A stretch of 64,000 bases of DNA from a virus. A program made the position numbers and the translations under genes. This document shows, piece after piece, positions 1 to 9,123 of this stretch. The notes below the pieces were generated by a model. That model made no database searches, was not told the DNA's origin, and saw only the letters and a list, made by a program, of their open reading frames with translations. Position 1 is the first letter of the stretch. Every line of letters begins with the position of its first letter. The stretch covers positions 1-64,000 of the IMG/VR virus record IMGVR_UViG_3300038393_001027. One strand, given 5' to 3'.

Positions 1-117
1 CATGGGTAGGGCGCCCCAGTATCCCTAGGCGCATGGGTAGGGCGCCCCAGTATCCCTAGGCGCATGGGTAGGGCGCCCCAGTATCCCTAGGCGCATGGGT
101 AGGGCGCTCCAGTACCC
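1..117. repeat. 31-bp tandem repeat (CATGGGTAGGGCGCCCCAGTATCCCTAGGCG), 3 exact copies plus 1 degenerate partial; may continue beyond the window
   Basis: Units at 1-31, 32-62 and 63-93 are identical; 94-117 is a variant; no spacers between units. Confidence 0.95.
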
Positions 118-1059
118 TTAACTGCCCTGCCGAAGCTCAGCGATGCGCCGATCGGCGATCTGACTGAAGCGAGCACGCAGTTCAGCCTGCTCGTCAGCGG
201 GCGCCGCCTTGATGTAGGCCTCCACAGCGGCGGCGTCGCCGTCGATGTTGACGTTGGTGTTGTTGTTGTTGTTGTGGTTGATGGTCACATCGGGTAGCTC
301 CTGCCGCTCCTTGGCGATAAGCTGGCTGGTCTCGCGCAGTTCAGAGATGATGCCCTTCAGGGACTCAGCACTGATCTGCTCAGCGCCCTTACCGCTCTGG
401 TCCAGAAGTTGTTCGAACTTGGCTTCTGCCACAGCGAAGAGCTTGTCGTTGACGCGGGTCATGCGGGCGATTCGGATGCGCTTGTTGGCAATGCTCATCT
501 CTGTGATCAGCTTGTCATAGTAGCGCCAGAACTCGCCGCTGGGGTGGTTCATCCACCTGTAGATGGTGGTCTTGCCGACGTCATACGCCGACACGACATT
601 TTCGATCGTGTTACCATCTGCCAGCGCTTCGCAGACGGTGAGCTTTTTCTGGTCCCAGATCCACTCGCCCGGCTTGGTGCTGTTCGCTGGGTCTGTTGAA
701 CTGGGCAGTGCCATTTCGTCCGGGTGGATGATGGCACTCAGTGGTGCTTTGGCCTTGCGACCATCGTTGTCTTCCGCATAGGTGGCCTGAGCGTCCATTT
801 CAGCGAGAACTTCTTCCCACGGGCGCCCCAGCTTGGCGGCCTTCTTCTTGGCGTAGCCGATGCGGTTGCGTCGCCGCTTGTCTTCGTCAGTCGTGTTCTT
901 CCCCAGATTAGCCCGGCGGTCCTTGCTGTTGACGGCGTTCGGCCGGGGGGATGCCTTCAGTATCTCTTTGGTTCCTTCAACGGCCCGGTTCAGGGCGTTG
1001 ATGCCTGTTTCGACGGTGCGATCGATGACCTTCGTAGGCCGTGGCGTCTTGCGTGCCAT
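118..1059 (-). CDS. HTH DNA-binding protein, probable terminase small subunit
   Basis: HTH-like segment ALADGNTIENVVSAYDVGKTTIYRWMNHP followed by helical region and N-rich tail (VTINHNNNNNTNVNI), as often seen in TerS; ATG at 1059 chosen (MARKTPRP). Confidence 0.55.
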   Translation of the reverse strand: MARKTPRPTKVIDRTVETGINALNRAVEGTKEILKASPRPNAVNSKDRRANLGKNTTDEDKRRRNRIGYAKKKAAKLGRPWEEVLAEMDAQATYAEDNDGRKAKAPLSAIIHPDEMALPSSTDPANSTKPGEWIWDQKKLTVCEALADGNTIENVVSAYDVGKTTIYRWMNHPSGEFWRYYDKLITEMSIANKRIRIARMTRVNDKLFAVAEAKFEQLLDQSGKGAEQISAESLKGIISELRETSQLIAKERQELPDVTINHNNNNNTNVNIDGDAAAVEAYIKAAPADEQAELRARFSQIADRRIAELRQGS

Positions 1060-1106
1060 AACGGGCGCCCCCTTGCAGTACAATTCTGTACAACAAGTGT
1101 AGCACA

Positions 1107-1138
1107 AAACCCCGGCTGGGAAAACCAACCGGGGTTTT
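1107..1138. terminator. Intrinsic terminator-like hairpin
   Basis: AAAACCCCGGCTGG...CCAACCGGGGTTTT inverted repeat with A/T flanks. Confidence 0.6.
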
Positions 1139-1144
1139 GTGTTG

Positions 1145-1405
1145 TCAGTACAGGGCACAGACGCATGCGTCTTGGGGCTTGCGGCAGTCTGGGCACAGCC
1201 CCAGAAGCTCACGCAGGCTCACCACGATGGGGGTCATCCGGCGCCACTGGCTCATGGCGCCGTTCAGACGTGCCTGCGACATGCGCCCCCGGCTTTTCAT
1301 TTTGCTGATGCGCTCAACAGTGCGCTCGGCGCCACTGTGATAGGCTTCAGCTTCACAGAGTGCCCATTCAAGCGCCTTGCGCTGGTCATCGGTTAGGTCA
1401 GCCAT
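1145..1405 (-). CDS. Hypothetical protein with C-terminal Cys cluster
   Basis: Fills the gap in a minus-strand gene run; CPDC...CVC. Confidence 0.6.
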   Translation of the reverse strand: MADLTDDQRKALEWALCEAEAYHSGAERTVERISKMKSRGRMSQARLNGAMSQWRRMTPIVVSLRELLGLCPDCRKPQDACVCALY

Positions 1406-1413
1406 GGGTGAGC

Positions 1414-2028
1414 TTAGGCCTTCTTGCCGTGCATGGGCGGGCGGTCCATGTTGTAGAGCATCTTCTGGGCGATGATCTGGGTCATGTTCACGTTCTGCAG
1501 GTCAGGATGGCGCCCGAACTCGCCCACGGTGGCGGCCCAGCGAAGCTGGATGTCGGCCATCTCCTTGAGAAAGCCTACCCAATCACCCACACGCAGGGCT
1601 TCCAGCGCCTCAGCGATCTCTGACACGATGAGCACAAGCCGGGCGGCGATGGCTGTCTTGCTGGTGGCAAGGGGTGTTTCGGCGTCTTCCCGATAGCCCC
1701 TGATGTACTTTTGTGCGTAAAGAGCCAGCCCGTCTTCGTCTATGTCTTCAAGAGCGATCCCCAGTCGCGCCAGCGCGTCGGTGTGATCCCCACCAACACG
1801 AATGTCGGCTGTCAACTCACCAAGTGCCTCGATGGCGGGCGCCAGCGATACAAGCTCAGTCATAGTCGGCATGGGCTTGTCGATGACCATGCCCGGCAGG
1901 TCATGGAAGCCCTTGTCTTCCATGATGGCGTGATGGTGCTTGATTAACCAGCCCAATGGCATGTCAATAAGCGGGGACTCAGCGTAAGTCTGCAGGTCTT
2001 GCCTGAGCAGGTCACCAAATGTCTGCAT
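1414..2028 (-). CDS. MazG-like nucleotide pyrophosphohydrolase
   Basis: RLVLIVSEIAEALEALR...EMADI...QKMLYNMDRPPMHGK matches the phage MazG-like all-alpha NTP-PPase pattern; GGAGGG RBS before ATG 2028. Confidence 0.75.
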   Translation of the reverse strand: MQTFGDLLRQDLQTYAESPLIDMPLGWLIKHHHAIMEDKGFHDLPGMVIDKPMPTMTELVSLAPAIEALGELTADIRVGGDHTDALARLGIALEDIDEDGLALYAQKYIRGYREDAETPLATSKTAIAARLVLIVSEIAEALEALRVGDWVGFLKEMADIQLRWAATVGEFGRHPDLQNVNMTQIIAQKMLYNMDRPPMHGKKA

Positions 2029-2107
2029 GTTGGAATCCCTCCGTGTTCTTAGGGTAACACAAAGCCCCCAGCTTGCGCCGGGGGCTTTGTGTGGGGGTTG
2101 TTGGGTG

Positions 2108-2395
2108 CTAGGACTCGACGCCGATGCACCCGTAGGTGCGGATCCAAAGGTCGTACTTGTTATGGGCGATGGTGTAGTCCGTACTGTTGAACGACTGGAC
2201 GACGGAGCCGCCTTGGATGCGGTTGACGAAGTAGTACATCCCCCGGCTCTCAAACGTCACGACGCAGTTGTTTAGGTTGATGGAGACCGGGGGCTTGATG
2301 CCGGGTTGCTCCGACGCATAGACCGGGGCGGCCGTCATGCACAGGGCGAGCAGGGCCATCAGGGTCAGCAGGAGCTTCCGCAGGCGTTTGGTCAT
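2108..2395 (-). CDS. Small secreted protein
   Basis: Sec-type signal peptide MTKRLRKLLLTLMALLALCMTAAPVYA; AGGAGG RBS; hairpin at 2061-2088 downstream. Confidence 0.7.
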   Translation of the reverse strand: MTKRLRKLLLTLMALLALCMTAAPVYASEQPGIKPPVSINLNNCVVTFESRGMYYFVNRIQGGSVVQSFNSTDYTIAHNKYDLWIRTYGCIGVES

Positions 2396-2461
2396 GGTGG
2401 GTATCTGCCTCCTTTTGTTGGGTCTGCTAGTAGACTTCGACGTGGTTGTGTCGAAATCCTC

Positions 2462-2755
2462 CTAGTTTTTGGAAACTTTGTACCAAAGTACAAGGTGTAG
2501 GGGTAGGCAGGGCACTAGGCACAGGTAGAAGTCCAGCCGTGCGGTATCCGGCGAAGCTGGGGTGGATGACCAGAAGGCGCCCACCCACAGATCCGCCAGC
2601 TTGGACTCCAGCCGTAATTGCCACGGGCGCCCGGTCTTGGTCATGCAGAGGATCTTGGTGTGGCCCCAGTATTCAGGGCCGTCCCGGAAGAGCCGCCACG
2701 CCAGATGAAGCGTGAAGAGCCAGCCATAGATGTTGATTAGGGTGTTGATGGTCAT
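2462..2755 (-). CDS. Hypothetical membrane protein
   Basis: Hydrophobic N- and C-terminal segments; ATGA overlap with the upstream gene. Confidence 0.55.
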   Translation of the reverse strand: MTINTLINIYGWLFTLHLAWRLFRDGPEYWGHTKILCMTKTGRPWQLRLESKLADLWVGAFWSSTPASPDTARLDFYLCLVPCLPLHLVLWYKVSKN

Positions 2756-2961
2756 GATGTGCGCCTCCCAGCCAGCAAGATCTCGCACCGGAGGTTCTGG
2801 ATCTGGTCGGCAGGGAGGGCACAAAGCCGCTCCACTGCCGCCACTGCGAATTCATTTACAGAGACCTGACCAATCTGCTGGGCCTGCAGGACTTCGATAG
2901 CACGTGCAACTAGCGGTTTCAGCGCGTCAGGGAAACGCACGTTGATCGCCCAGCGCTTCAT
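2752..2961 (-). CDS. Ribbon-helix-helix DNA-binding protein
   Basis: AINVRFPDALK...VSVNEFAVAAVE fits an Arc-like beta-alpha-alpha pattern. Confidence 0.6.
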   Translation of the reverse strand: MKRWAINVRFPDALKPLVARAIEVLQAQQIGQVSVNEFAVAAVERLCALPADQIQNLRCEILLAGRRTS

Positions 2962-2966
2962 GGCGT

Positions 2967-4085
2967 TTAGGCCTCCCGCCGGAAGGTGATGGTGCGCTTG
3001 GTCTCGCGCTCCAGCACCCGGCCCAGCCGCTCAGCGTAGGCCAGAGACCGATCATCCTTGGCGATTTCGTCACTGTGTTGGAGGAGGATCCGCATGACCT
3101 TGAGGGCGCCGTACTCCATGTTCAGTTGGGACAGAAGGCGCCGGGCGGCGTCACTGAGACCAACGTCGAACTCAGCGCCGAAGGTTTCCTCGATCTCCTT
3201 TTGCTCAGCGCTGGGTATATGACCGAAGCCATAGATCAGGGAATGTCGCAGGACACCTACGTAGTAGCCTACAGGATCCTGCAGATGTTCCTTCTGGTAA
3301 TGACGCTGTGTGATGTGGATGGCGTCGGTGACCCACTGCCGGGCGTTGAATCCCTTGCCTTCCACCGTGCGGTAGGTCTCATGGATGGCCGTGCGGTATT
3401 CCTTCTCCTTGTGCGGCCCCATCAACGTCTTCCAAAGTGCCCAGCACTCCGCGATCTCCGGGGTTGCCGGGGCGTCGGCCACGCTCGGCTGAGGCGTCGG
3501 GGTCGGGCTGGGTGTAGGGGTCGTAGGGCCAACCGATGACGTTAGGGCTGATGTTAGGGGCGCCACGCTCGGCTGGGGCGCCGGGGTCCGGTCACCGATG
3601 ACCACCGGGGGCAGAACCGGGGCGGCCTGTTCTGATTCCCACTTATAGCGGATGTCCCCAGCCCGCAGGCGGTATATCTGCTGGTTCCTGCGAACCAGTG
3701 TCAGAAAGTCGTGGCTGACCAGATCCGCCAGAAGCTGGTTGTACTGCTTGGGCGTGCAGTTGCCTACCGCAAAGGACATGATGCCGTCTTCAGCGGTTAC
3801 AAAACCGTCCTTGTCGCTGTAGCGGATCAGACCCTGCAGGGCCAGATTCTGCTGGGCGGTCAGGCACCGGAACGAAAGCGGGTGGGGCAGGTCACGGAGC
3901 GGCTGGGGAAGGCTCGCGGCGTAGGGCGCTGTGGTGGTGGCGGTGGGTGTCACGGTAGCTTCGACCTCCTCTTCTTCTTCTTCGAGCAGAAAGCGCTGGA
4001 CCTCTTCTGCCGTGGGGCCGGGCGGCCCCTTCTTGGCCCGCACGACACTTGGGTTCCGATGATAGTGTTTGACTCGACGGCCCAT
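2967..4085 (-). CDS. Replication initiator-like protein (wHTH, Pro/Thr linker, DnaD-like C-terminus)
   Basis: QLLADLVSHDFLTLV wHTH-like segment; VTDAIHIT...PVGYYVGVLRH resembles the DnaD/DnaB_2 YxxxILxxW motif. Confidence 0.5.
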   Translation of the reverse strand: MGRRVKHYHRNPSVVRAKKGPPGPTAEEVQRFLLEEEEEEVEATVTPTATTTAPYAASLPQPLRDLPHPLSFRCLTAQQNLALQGLIRYSDKDGFVTAEDGIMSFAVGNCTPKQYNQLLADLVSHDFLTLVRRNQQIYRLRAGDIRYKWESEQAAPVLPPVVIGDRTPAPQPSVAPLTSALTSSVGPTTPTPSPTPTPQPSVADAPATPEIAECWALWKTLMGPHKEKEYRTAIHETYRTVEGKGFNARQWVTDAIHITQRHYQKEHLQDPVGYYVGVLRHSLIYGFGHIPSAEQKEIEETFGAEFDVGLSDAARRLLSQLNMEYGALKVMRILLQHSDEIAKDDRSLAYAERLGRVLERETKRTITFRREA

Positions 4086-4249
4086 TACTGCAACAGCCTC
4101 CGATACTTCATGTAACGGCTGTGCGCACGGCGGGCGGCGGCCCGCTTGAGCAAGCGGTCCATGGGCGCCCAGACCCGGCTCAGGGCTTCAGCGGCCAGCC
4201 CGGCGCACATCAGGAACAGAGGGAAGATGGCAAGCTCGAACGGCGGCAT
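4085..4249 (-). CDS. Small membrane protein (54 aa, not in ORF track)
   Basis: Translated by hand as MPPFELAIFPLFLMCAGLAAEALS...RRLLQ*; AAGGAAGGG RBS; TAATG overlap with the next gene. Confidence 0.55.
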   Translation of the reverse strand: MPPFELAIFPLFLMCAGLAAEALSRVWAPMDRLLKRAAARRAHSRYMKYRRLLQ

Positions 4250-4264
4250 ACTGTACCCTTCCTT

Positions 4265-4600
4265 CTATGGTAATTTGCGCTTGGCACCACAATTGGGACA
4301 CCGTGCACCGGATCGGGTAGCAGTTGGCTTGACTATGTTGCCGTCATTACATTCGTGCAGAAGAATGCCCTTGGGGTTCACGGTCTCGTACCAGTGTCCA
4401 TGGGCATTTGGAGCGTTGTCCTGCAGGGGTTTGAGACCGATGGCGGCTTCGAGTGCACGCTTGACAACCCAGTTGTTGAAGCTTTCCCCGCGAATCTTCA
4501 TGATGTTGTAGATGCTGTCAAACTGACCCCAGTCACCTTTGCGCAAGGTGATTTGAGATACTTCAGCTTGGATGGTTACGGTTTCAGACACGCTGTACAC
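4265..4600 (-). CDS. Hypothetical Zn-ribbon protein
   Basis: HEC...RCPNCG; GGGGGAGG RBS before GTG. Confidence 0.6.
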   Translation of the reverse strand: MYSVSETVTIQAEVSQITLRKGDWGQFDSIYNIMKIRGESFNNWVVKRALEAAIGLKPLQDNAPNAHGHWYETVNPKGILLHECNDGNIVKPTATRSGARCPNCGAKRKLP

Positions 4601-4671
4601 CTCCCCCCGACAGGTTGTCCAGTATTGTTCGGGAGGGCGAGGATAAATCCCTGCCCTCCCGTCTATGGCAA

Positions 4672-5064
4672 CTAGAGGCCTTCAAGCTGGATCAGCTTCT
4701 GCAGGGGCGGGGTCAACGGCTGGATGAAGCCATCCTTCTGCAGTTGCAGGGTCAGGAACATGGCGCCTTGATCCAGCACAAGGATGCCCAAGTAGTCCAT
4801 GGCGTTGGTGCCCTTGAAGTCGGCTACCGTCAGGTAGCGCAGGTACCCGTCATCGTCATGGAAGACCTCGCAGGCGACGAACTGGGCCTGCGGGATGATG
4901 GCATGACGGGGGTCGCTCAGGTTGGTCAGCCCGGCGTACTGGAACGTCCGGCCGTCCGGCAGGCTGAAGAAGCGCTTGTGGGCGCCCTTGGGGGCTGGGT
5001 TCTCGGACGTCAACCCTTCGCCGTGCAGGTCCGGGTTGAACTCGAAGGCGGCCTCGTTACGCAT
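4672..5064 (-). CDS. Hypothetical protein
   Basis: AAGGAGG RBS; tightly packed. Confidence 0.65.
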   Translation of the reverse strand: MRNEAAFEFNPDLHGEGLTSENPAPKGAHKRFFSLPDGRTFQYAGLTNLSDPRHAIIPQAQFVACEVFHDDDGYLRYLTVADFKGTNAMDYLGILVLDQGAMFLTLQLQKDGFIQPLTPPLQKLIQLEGL

Positions 5065-5569
5065 GGTCGGGGACCTCCTTGGGGGTGTTAGGTTGGCGCA
5101 GGACCAGATGTGGGTGGTCATGTGGGTGGGTCGGGACTTCAACCAAGATGTAGTAGTCGGACCCGTTGCTGGACAAACCGGGCGCCGGGAAAGCGGCGTT
5201 CTGCCTGCGCTTGACTTCATCGAAGATCTGGTACATGTGCTCCCAAGCGGTCAAGTAGGCGCCGTTGGTGTAGTACTTGCCTGACTCCTTGAAGTAGGTC
5301 AGGACCACCACATGCTTCAGGTCAGCATGCGGCCATGCGCAGTTCTCATCCTTCTCAGACCAGACTTCCACCCAGTCTTCGTTGAAGAAGTAGCTGAGGG
5401 TGGGATTCAGATTCGGGTGTGTGTTGGCTTCAATCCAGCCGCGCACGGCAATCAGCGTCGCAAAAGCTTGGTGCATGCGCTGTCCACCCATGGTGTAGCC
5501 TAACTTGAACGGTAAGTTCAGAGCCACGATGCAACAGGCCTCCTTTTTTAAACGCTGAGCTTCTCCCAA
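5057..5569 (-). CDS. Hypothetical protein
   Basis: Tightly packed ORF; LTYFKESGKYYT motif. Confidence 0.6.
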   Translation of the reverse strand: MGEAQRLKKEACCIVALNLPFKLGYTMGGQRMHQAFATLIAVRGWIEANTHPNLNPTLSYFFNEDWVEVWSEKDENCAWPHADLKHVVVLTYFKESGKYYTNGAYLTAWEHMYQIFDEVKRRQNAAFPAPGLSSNGSDYYILVEVPTHPHDHPHLVLRQPNTPKEVPDHA

Positions 5570-5880
5570 GCGGTCAGGTCGATGACACCCAGCCGGACGC
5601 CCCGGTACCAGACCTCGACGGACTCATGGCCGTCTTCCCGAAGCTCTTCAACGGTGGTCGCCGGATTGTCGATGTGGAAAGGGTCACCAATCAGGGCCGC
5701 TTTAAAGTCGTAGGCATGCGGATTCGTTGTGGTCAACACAGCTTCCAGCACCGCGCCGGGCGGTTGGTGTACAAGAGCGCTATGTGGCGCTGGGGTGATC
5801 TTCATGGTGGGGCGCAGACCGGGGCTGTGGAAGGGGCCGGGTACCAAACCGTTGTGGAACAGGTGGCTCTCTTCGCTCAT
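5548..5880 (-). CDS. Hypothetical protein
   Basis: Tightly packed ORF. Confidence 0.55.
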   Translation of the reverse strand: MSEESHLFHNGLVPGPFHSPGLRPTMKITPAPHSALVHQPPGAVLEAVLTTTNPHAYDFKAALIGDPFHIDNPATTVEELREDGHESVEVWYRGVRLGVIDLTAWEKLSV

Positions 5881-5882
5881 GA

Positions 5883-6176
5883 TCAAAACCTCACTTTCGG
5901 GGTGTACTCGATGCACCCATCGATCGGTTCTTGCTGGGGCTTCGCGCCGCCCCAGTGGTTATCCATCAGGCGGCAGGTTCCGTTCACGGAATACTCACAG
6001 CCAAAGGCGTTGCACCGGACGAGCGTATGCGTGCAGACCTTGCAGGGTTGCAGGTTGGCGGCCTGTGCGTCAGCCTCAGGCATGGACTCACGGTCATAAG
6101 CGGGCAGGTTCGTGCAGGCGGTGCTGGTGTGGTAGCTCTTGCGGCTGACGCCGCCGATGTAAACGGTACGCTCCAT
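5883..6176 (-). CDS. Cys-rich metal-binding protein (YH..C..PCxxC module plus DUF1540-like module)
   Basis: SYHTSTAC...QPCKVC and VRCNAFGCEYSVNGTC. Confidence 0.55.
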   Translation of the reverse strand: MERTVYIGGVSRKSYHTSTACTNLPAYDRESMPEADAQAANLQPCKVCTHTLVRCNAFGCEYSVNGTCRLMDNHWGGAKPQQEPIDGCIEYTPKVRF

Positions 6177-6263
6177 GGGGAGTGCGCTCCTTTATGAAGC
6201 CGGGCGGGGGCGCCCGGCTTCTGTGTTGTGGGTGTGGCATGGTGGGGGTTGGGGCCTCCTGAC

Positions 6264-7472
6264 CTAGAAGGAGATTAACGGCAAGGTGTAGACAGTGAGG
6301 GGTGACTCCGGGGCGGTCAGCTTAACGGCCGTGCGGTTACTACTGAAGTTCCAGACGAGGTTCTTGATCTTGCCGAAGCTGGGTAGGACCGCCTTGATGC
6401 GGGCGTAGTCAAGTACACAGTCCATATCGAACCGGGCACCCTTGACCAGCCCTTCGATAACGGCGGGCGCCAGTGGGATGGTGTGGAAGCGCACAGAGGG
6501 ACCTTCCTTCCTGACGATCTTTTCAACCGTCTTGCCGCCCTTACCCTTGACGGTCTCGGGTACGTCACGCATGACCTTCTTCCGGATGTGTAGGTCCGCC
6601 CGCTGATTCGAGAGTTTCGTACCAGTGCTGGGGATTGACTGGTACACCTCGAAGTGTAGGTGGTAGGTCGGCAGGGCGGCCAACTGCCGCTTCAGGAGGT
6701 CCAGTTCCGTGGTGATCACGATTGGGTAGCTCTGCGGGATCAGCCGGAGTACGTCGGGGTACTGGGCTTCGATGCGCCGGATGGCAACCCGCAGGGCGCC
6801 GTCGATGATGTACAGCCACGATGCCGAATCCCACGTGCCCTCAGCAACCTTGGCCTTGGCGCTTAGCTTGGCGGCCACGCCTTTGGTGTGCTCGACCGGA
6901 ATGATGACGCTCTTGAATGGTGTTCCGCAGGGGTAGGTGGCAATCTGTGCACCGTTGCAGGCGATGACCTGCGCGGCGGTCAGATGGATGCCGTTCAGCC
7001 ACGGCGTGCTGTGGTCGGTACCAGCCACAGGGGCAACAGCCACGATGGCGGCGCCCAAGTCGGGTGCAGGCGTGAAGGCATCAGGAGTGGGGAATTCCGG
7101 CAGGGTTGGGAAGTCCTCGGGGCCGTTGCCGAAGTGTCCCACCCGGTATGTGGTGCCGTCCTTGATCTGCAGGCGCAGGCACTTGTCGCTATCCTCGGAC
7201 CAGAGGATGACGCCGCCTTCACCTTCGAGACCCTTGAGCAAGGCAACCAGTTCCTTATACGTCACCGTAACGGACCCGGTGTCCCTGAGGCCGTCCAACT
7301 TGATGCAGGATACCATGTGAAGCTCGGTATTTGTGGTGCGTAAGATCAGGTGCCACTTGGTAATCGTGAGGAGCACGTTCTGCAGGACCGGGTAGGTGGT
7401 CTTGGACGGGACGGCCGGGGCGATAGTCTTCAGGGCGACGAGCAGATCCTTGGCGTTGACGGTGCAGTTCAT
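6264..7472 (-). CDS. dnaN: DNA polymerase III beta sliding-clamp homolog (divergent)
   Basis: N-terminus MNCTVNAKDLLVALKTIAPAVPSKTTYPVLQNVLL..TTNTEL, plus EDFPTLP, LNGIHL and RRIEAQYPDVLRLIP, all typical of DnaN. Confidence 0.8.
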   Translation of the reverse strand: MNCTVNAKDLLVALKTIAPAVPSKTTYPVLQNVLLTITKWHLILRTTNTELHMVSCIKLDGLRDTGSVTVTYKELVALLKGLEGEGGVILWSEDSDKCLRLQIKDGTTYRVGHFGNGPEDFPTLPEFPTPDAFTPAPDLGAAIVAVAPVAGTDHSTPWLNGIHLTAAQVIACNGAQIATYPCGTPFKSVIIPVEHTKGVAAKLSAKAKVAEGTWDSASWLYIIDGALRVAIRRIEAQYPDVLRLIPQSYPIVITTELDLLKRQLAALPTYHLHFEVYQSIPSTGTKLSNQRADLHIRKKVMRDVPETVKGKGGKTVEKIVRKEGPSVRFHTIPLAPAVIEGLVKGARFDMDCVLDYARIKAVLPSFGKIKNLVWNFSSNRTAVKLTAPESPLTVYTLPLISF

Positions 7473-7497
7473 GGTGGAATCCCTCCGAAGTTTTGAT

Positions 7498-7557
7498 GGG
7501 GGCGGGGAGGCCGCCCCCTCATTATTGAAGTACACCGGGCTACCTAGGCTGTGACAG
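7498..7557 (-). promoter_or_regulatory. Class I cassette element, copy 1 (heads dnaN-like gene)
   Basis: CTGTCACAG CCTAGGTAGCCC GGTGTAC TTCAA TAATGA GGGGGCGG..CCGCCCCC. Confidence 0.85.
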
Positions 7558-7564
7558 GCTGGGC

Positions 7565-7738
7565 TTAACGGTCCTTGACAAAGAAGGTTACCCGTCCAAG
7601 TACAAGGTCCGTTTCATACTGGTCGTAAAGCTCCCCCATGACTTTTACGAAGTCCTCTCTGGCCGGGAGAACTTCACGTTGCTCCGGGGCGTTCGCCGGA
7701 TCGGCACGGAGGCCTGCCTTGAGCACGAGGATGACCAT
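7565..7738 (-). CDS. Small hypothetical protein (57 aa, not in ORF track)
   Basis: Translated by hand as MVILVLKAGLRADPANAPEQ...FFVKDR*. Confidence 0.5.
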   Translation of the reverse strand: MVILVLKAGLRADPANAPEQREVLPAREDFVKVMGELYDQYETDLVLGRVTFFVKDR

Positions 7739-7741
7739 CGT

Positions 7742-8248
7742 CTACCCCCAGTTCCGGAGGTTGAAGTCCTCCAGCGCCGCCGCGTAGGCATGGGCCTCGG
7801 TTGGGTACTCGGAACCGACTTCGAAGTAGTGCCCTGTGAACAAGCTATCAGTTTGCTGGTTGTACTCCCATGTCACCCACTCGATCTGGTTGTTTCCCTT
7901 GTCGATGCGGGTCAGTACATAGAGCAGGTAGTTCTCGCCGCCGCGCTTGATGCCGAAGCAGGAGCCGCCCATGGATGCCACCGCACCGGGGCACCACGGG
8001 ATGGTGCCCTTCACTGGGTCGGGGAGCCAGATATTGCCGTCGATCTTCTTGACGGTCTTGGGGGCGCTGGGGTCGATGACGTGCTCCATGGGCGGATAGG
8101 CAAACTCGCCGTCACCCATGTGGGTGGCGTCGTTCTCGCCAGCCGTGGTCGGCACCCAAACGCACTCGATAACCTGACCGGAAGCGTCAACCTGCTCGAC
8201 CGTTGCCTTGACCAGAACCTCGTCGCCAACCTTGTACTGCTTCGTCAT
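7742..8248 (-). CDS. Hypothetical protein
   Basis: GGGAGGG RBS; N-terminal YKVGDEV motif. Confidence 0.7.
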   Translation of the reverse strand: MTKQYKVGDEVLVKATVEQVDASGQVIECVWVPTTAGENDATHMGDGEFAYPPMEHVIDPSAPKTVKKIDGNIWLPDPVKGTIPWCPGAVASMGGSCFGIKRGGENYLLYVLTRIDKGNNQIEWVTWEYNQQTDSLFTGHYFEVGSEYPTEAHAYAAALEDFNLRNWG

Positions 8249-8266
8249 GATGAAGCCCTCCCTTTC

Positions 8267-8656
8267 TTACTTCGGTTCGTTGTCGATCAGGTGGTCAAAC
8301 GGGCCGGGCGGCTCGTTGTAGGGGCACTCGGCATCGTCCGGGGCCGGGGGCAGGCTCGGCTCGGGGCCGGGCCACGGAGCACGGTCAACCTCGGGTGCCT
8401 CGAAGGGGTCCAGCGGGGCGCCCGGCTCTTCGCCGTCTTCAAAGGCTTCCTTGATCTCCTCAGGGGTAGGCGGGTCCTGCTCGTCGATCGAGTGCGGGAA
8501 CTCATACACGTTGGCATCAGCCTTGACGATGACCGGGGCGTTCTCACGTGCGTCCCAGTGACCCTCCATGCAGTGCACAATCACCGTGATCTCACGGCCG
8601 TTGATCTCCTGCACGACAGCCGGGACCAAAACGGTCTGCCCAACCTTGAACATCAA
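8267..8656 (-). CDS. Hypothetical protein with acidic Pro-rich tail
   Basis: FKVGQTV N-terminus; GGAGGAG RBS. Confidence 0.65.
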   Translation of the reverse strand: MMFKVGQTVLVPAVVQEINGREITVIVHCMEGHWDARENAPVIVKADANVYEFPHSIDEQDPPTPEEIKEAFEDGEEPGAPLDPFEAPEVDRAPWPGPEPSLPPAPDDAECPYNEPPGPFDHLIDNEPK

Positions 8657-8847
8657 AACTCCTCCTTCGTCTCTTCTGGGTCCTGCAGGGCCAACGCCAC
8701 GTTGGAACCGCAGGCCTGCACGCTCAGGACGGCCAGATGATGGTCAGCGGTCTCCCACGGCTCGGGGCTCAAGGCCTCGACCTCAGCCGGGGTCAGGGTC
8801 TCGAACTCGGGGTGCAGGATCTCAAGCTCTTCCCAGTTGATCGGCAT
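8653..8847 (-). CDS. Small acidic hypothetical protein
   Basis: First gene after element copy 2; GGGAG RBS. Confidence 0.6.
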   Translation of the reverse strand: MPINWEELEILHPEFETLTPAEVEALSPEPWETADHHLAVLSVQACGSNVALALQDPEETKEEF

Positions 8848-8872
8848 GGTTGGCACGCTCCCGATTGATGAT

Positions 8873-8931
8873 GGGGGCGGTGCCCCGCCCCCTCATTACT
8901 TACGTACACCGGGCTACTGGGCCTGTGACAG
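8873..8931 (-). promoter_or_regulatory. Class I cassette element, copy 2
   Basis: CTGTCACAG GCCCAGTAGCCC GGTGTAC GTAAG TAATGA GGGGGCGG..CCGCCCCC. Confidence 0.85.
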
Positions 8932-8934
8932 GGC

Positions 8935-9123
8935 CTACAGGTCCAGATTGGGGTTCAAACGTTGGGCCAGCGAGCCGTCCCGCTGGGACTGGGCCTGCCG
9001 CTCCTGCCAGCGGGCGGCCTGCTTCCGGTTCAGGTACTTGCGGCCCTTGCAGGTCCGGCAGGTGTCGGCCGTAACATACGGCACACCAACAAACCCACGA
9101 CCGCCACAGGTTGGGCATGTCAT
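8935..9123 (-). CDS. DnaJ-type Zn-finger small protein
   Basis: CPTCGGRG...CRTCKGR. Confidence 0.6.
   Translation of the reverse strand: MTCPTCGGRGFVGVPYVTADTCRTCKGRKYLNRKQAARWQERQAQSQRDGSLAQRLNPNLDL

Noticed and set aside
1-117. CRISPR array
   Set aside because: The 31-bp units are contiguous with no unique spacers, and the only cas-like gene is a solo Cas4-like nuclease typical of phage replication blocks.
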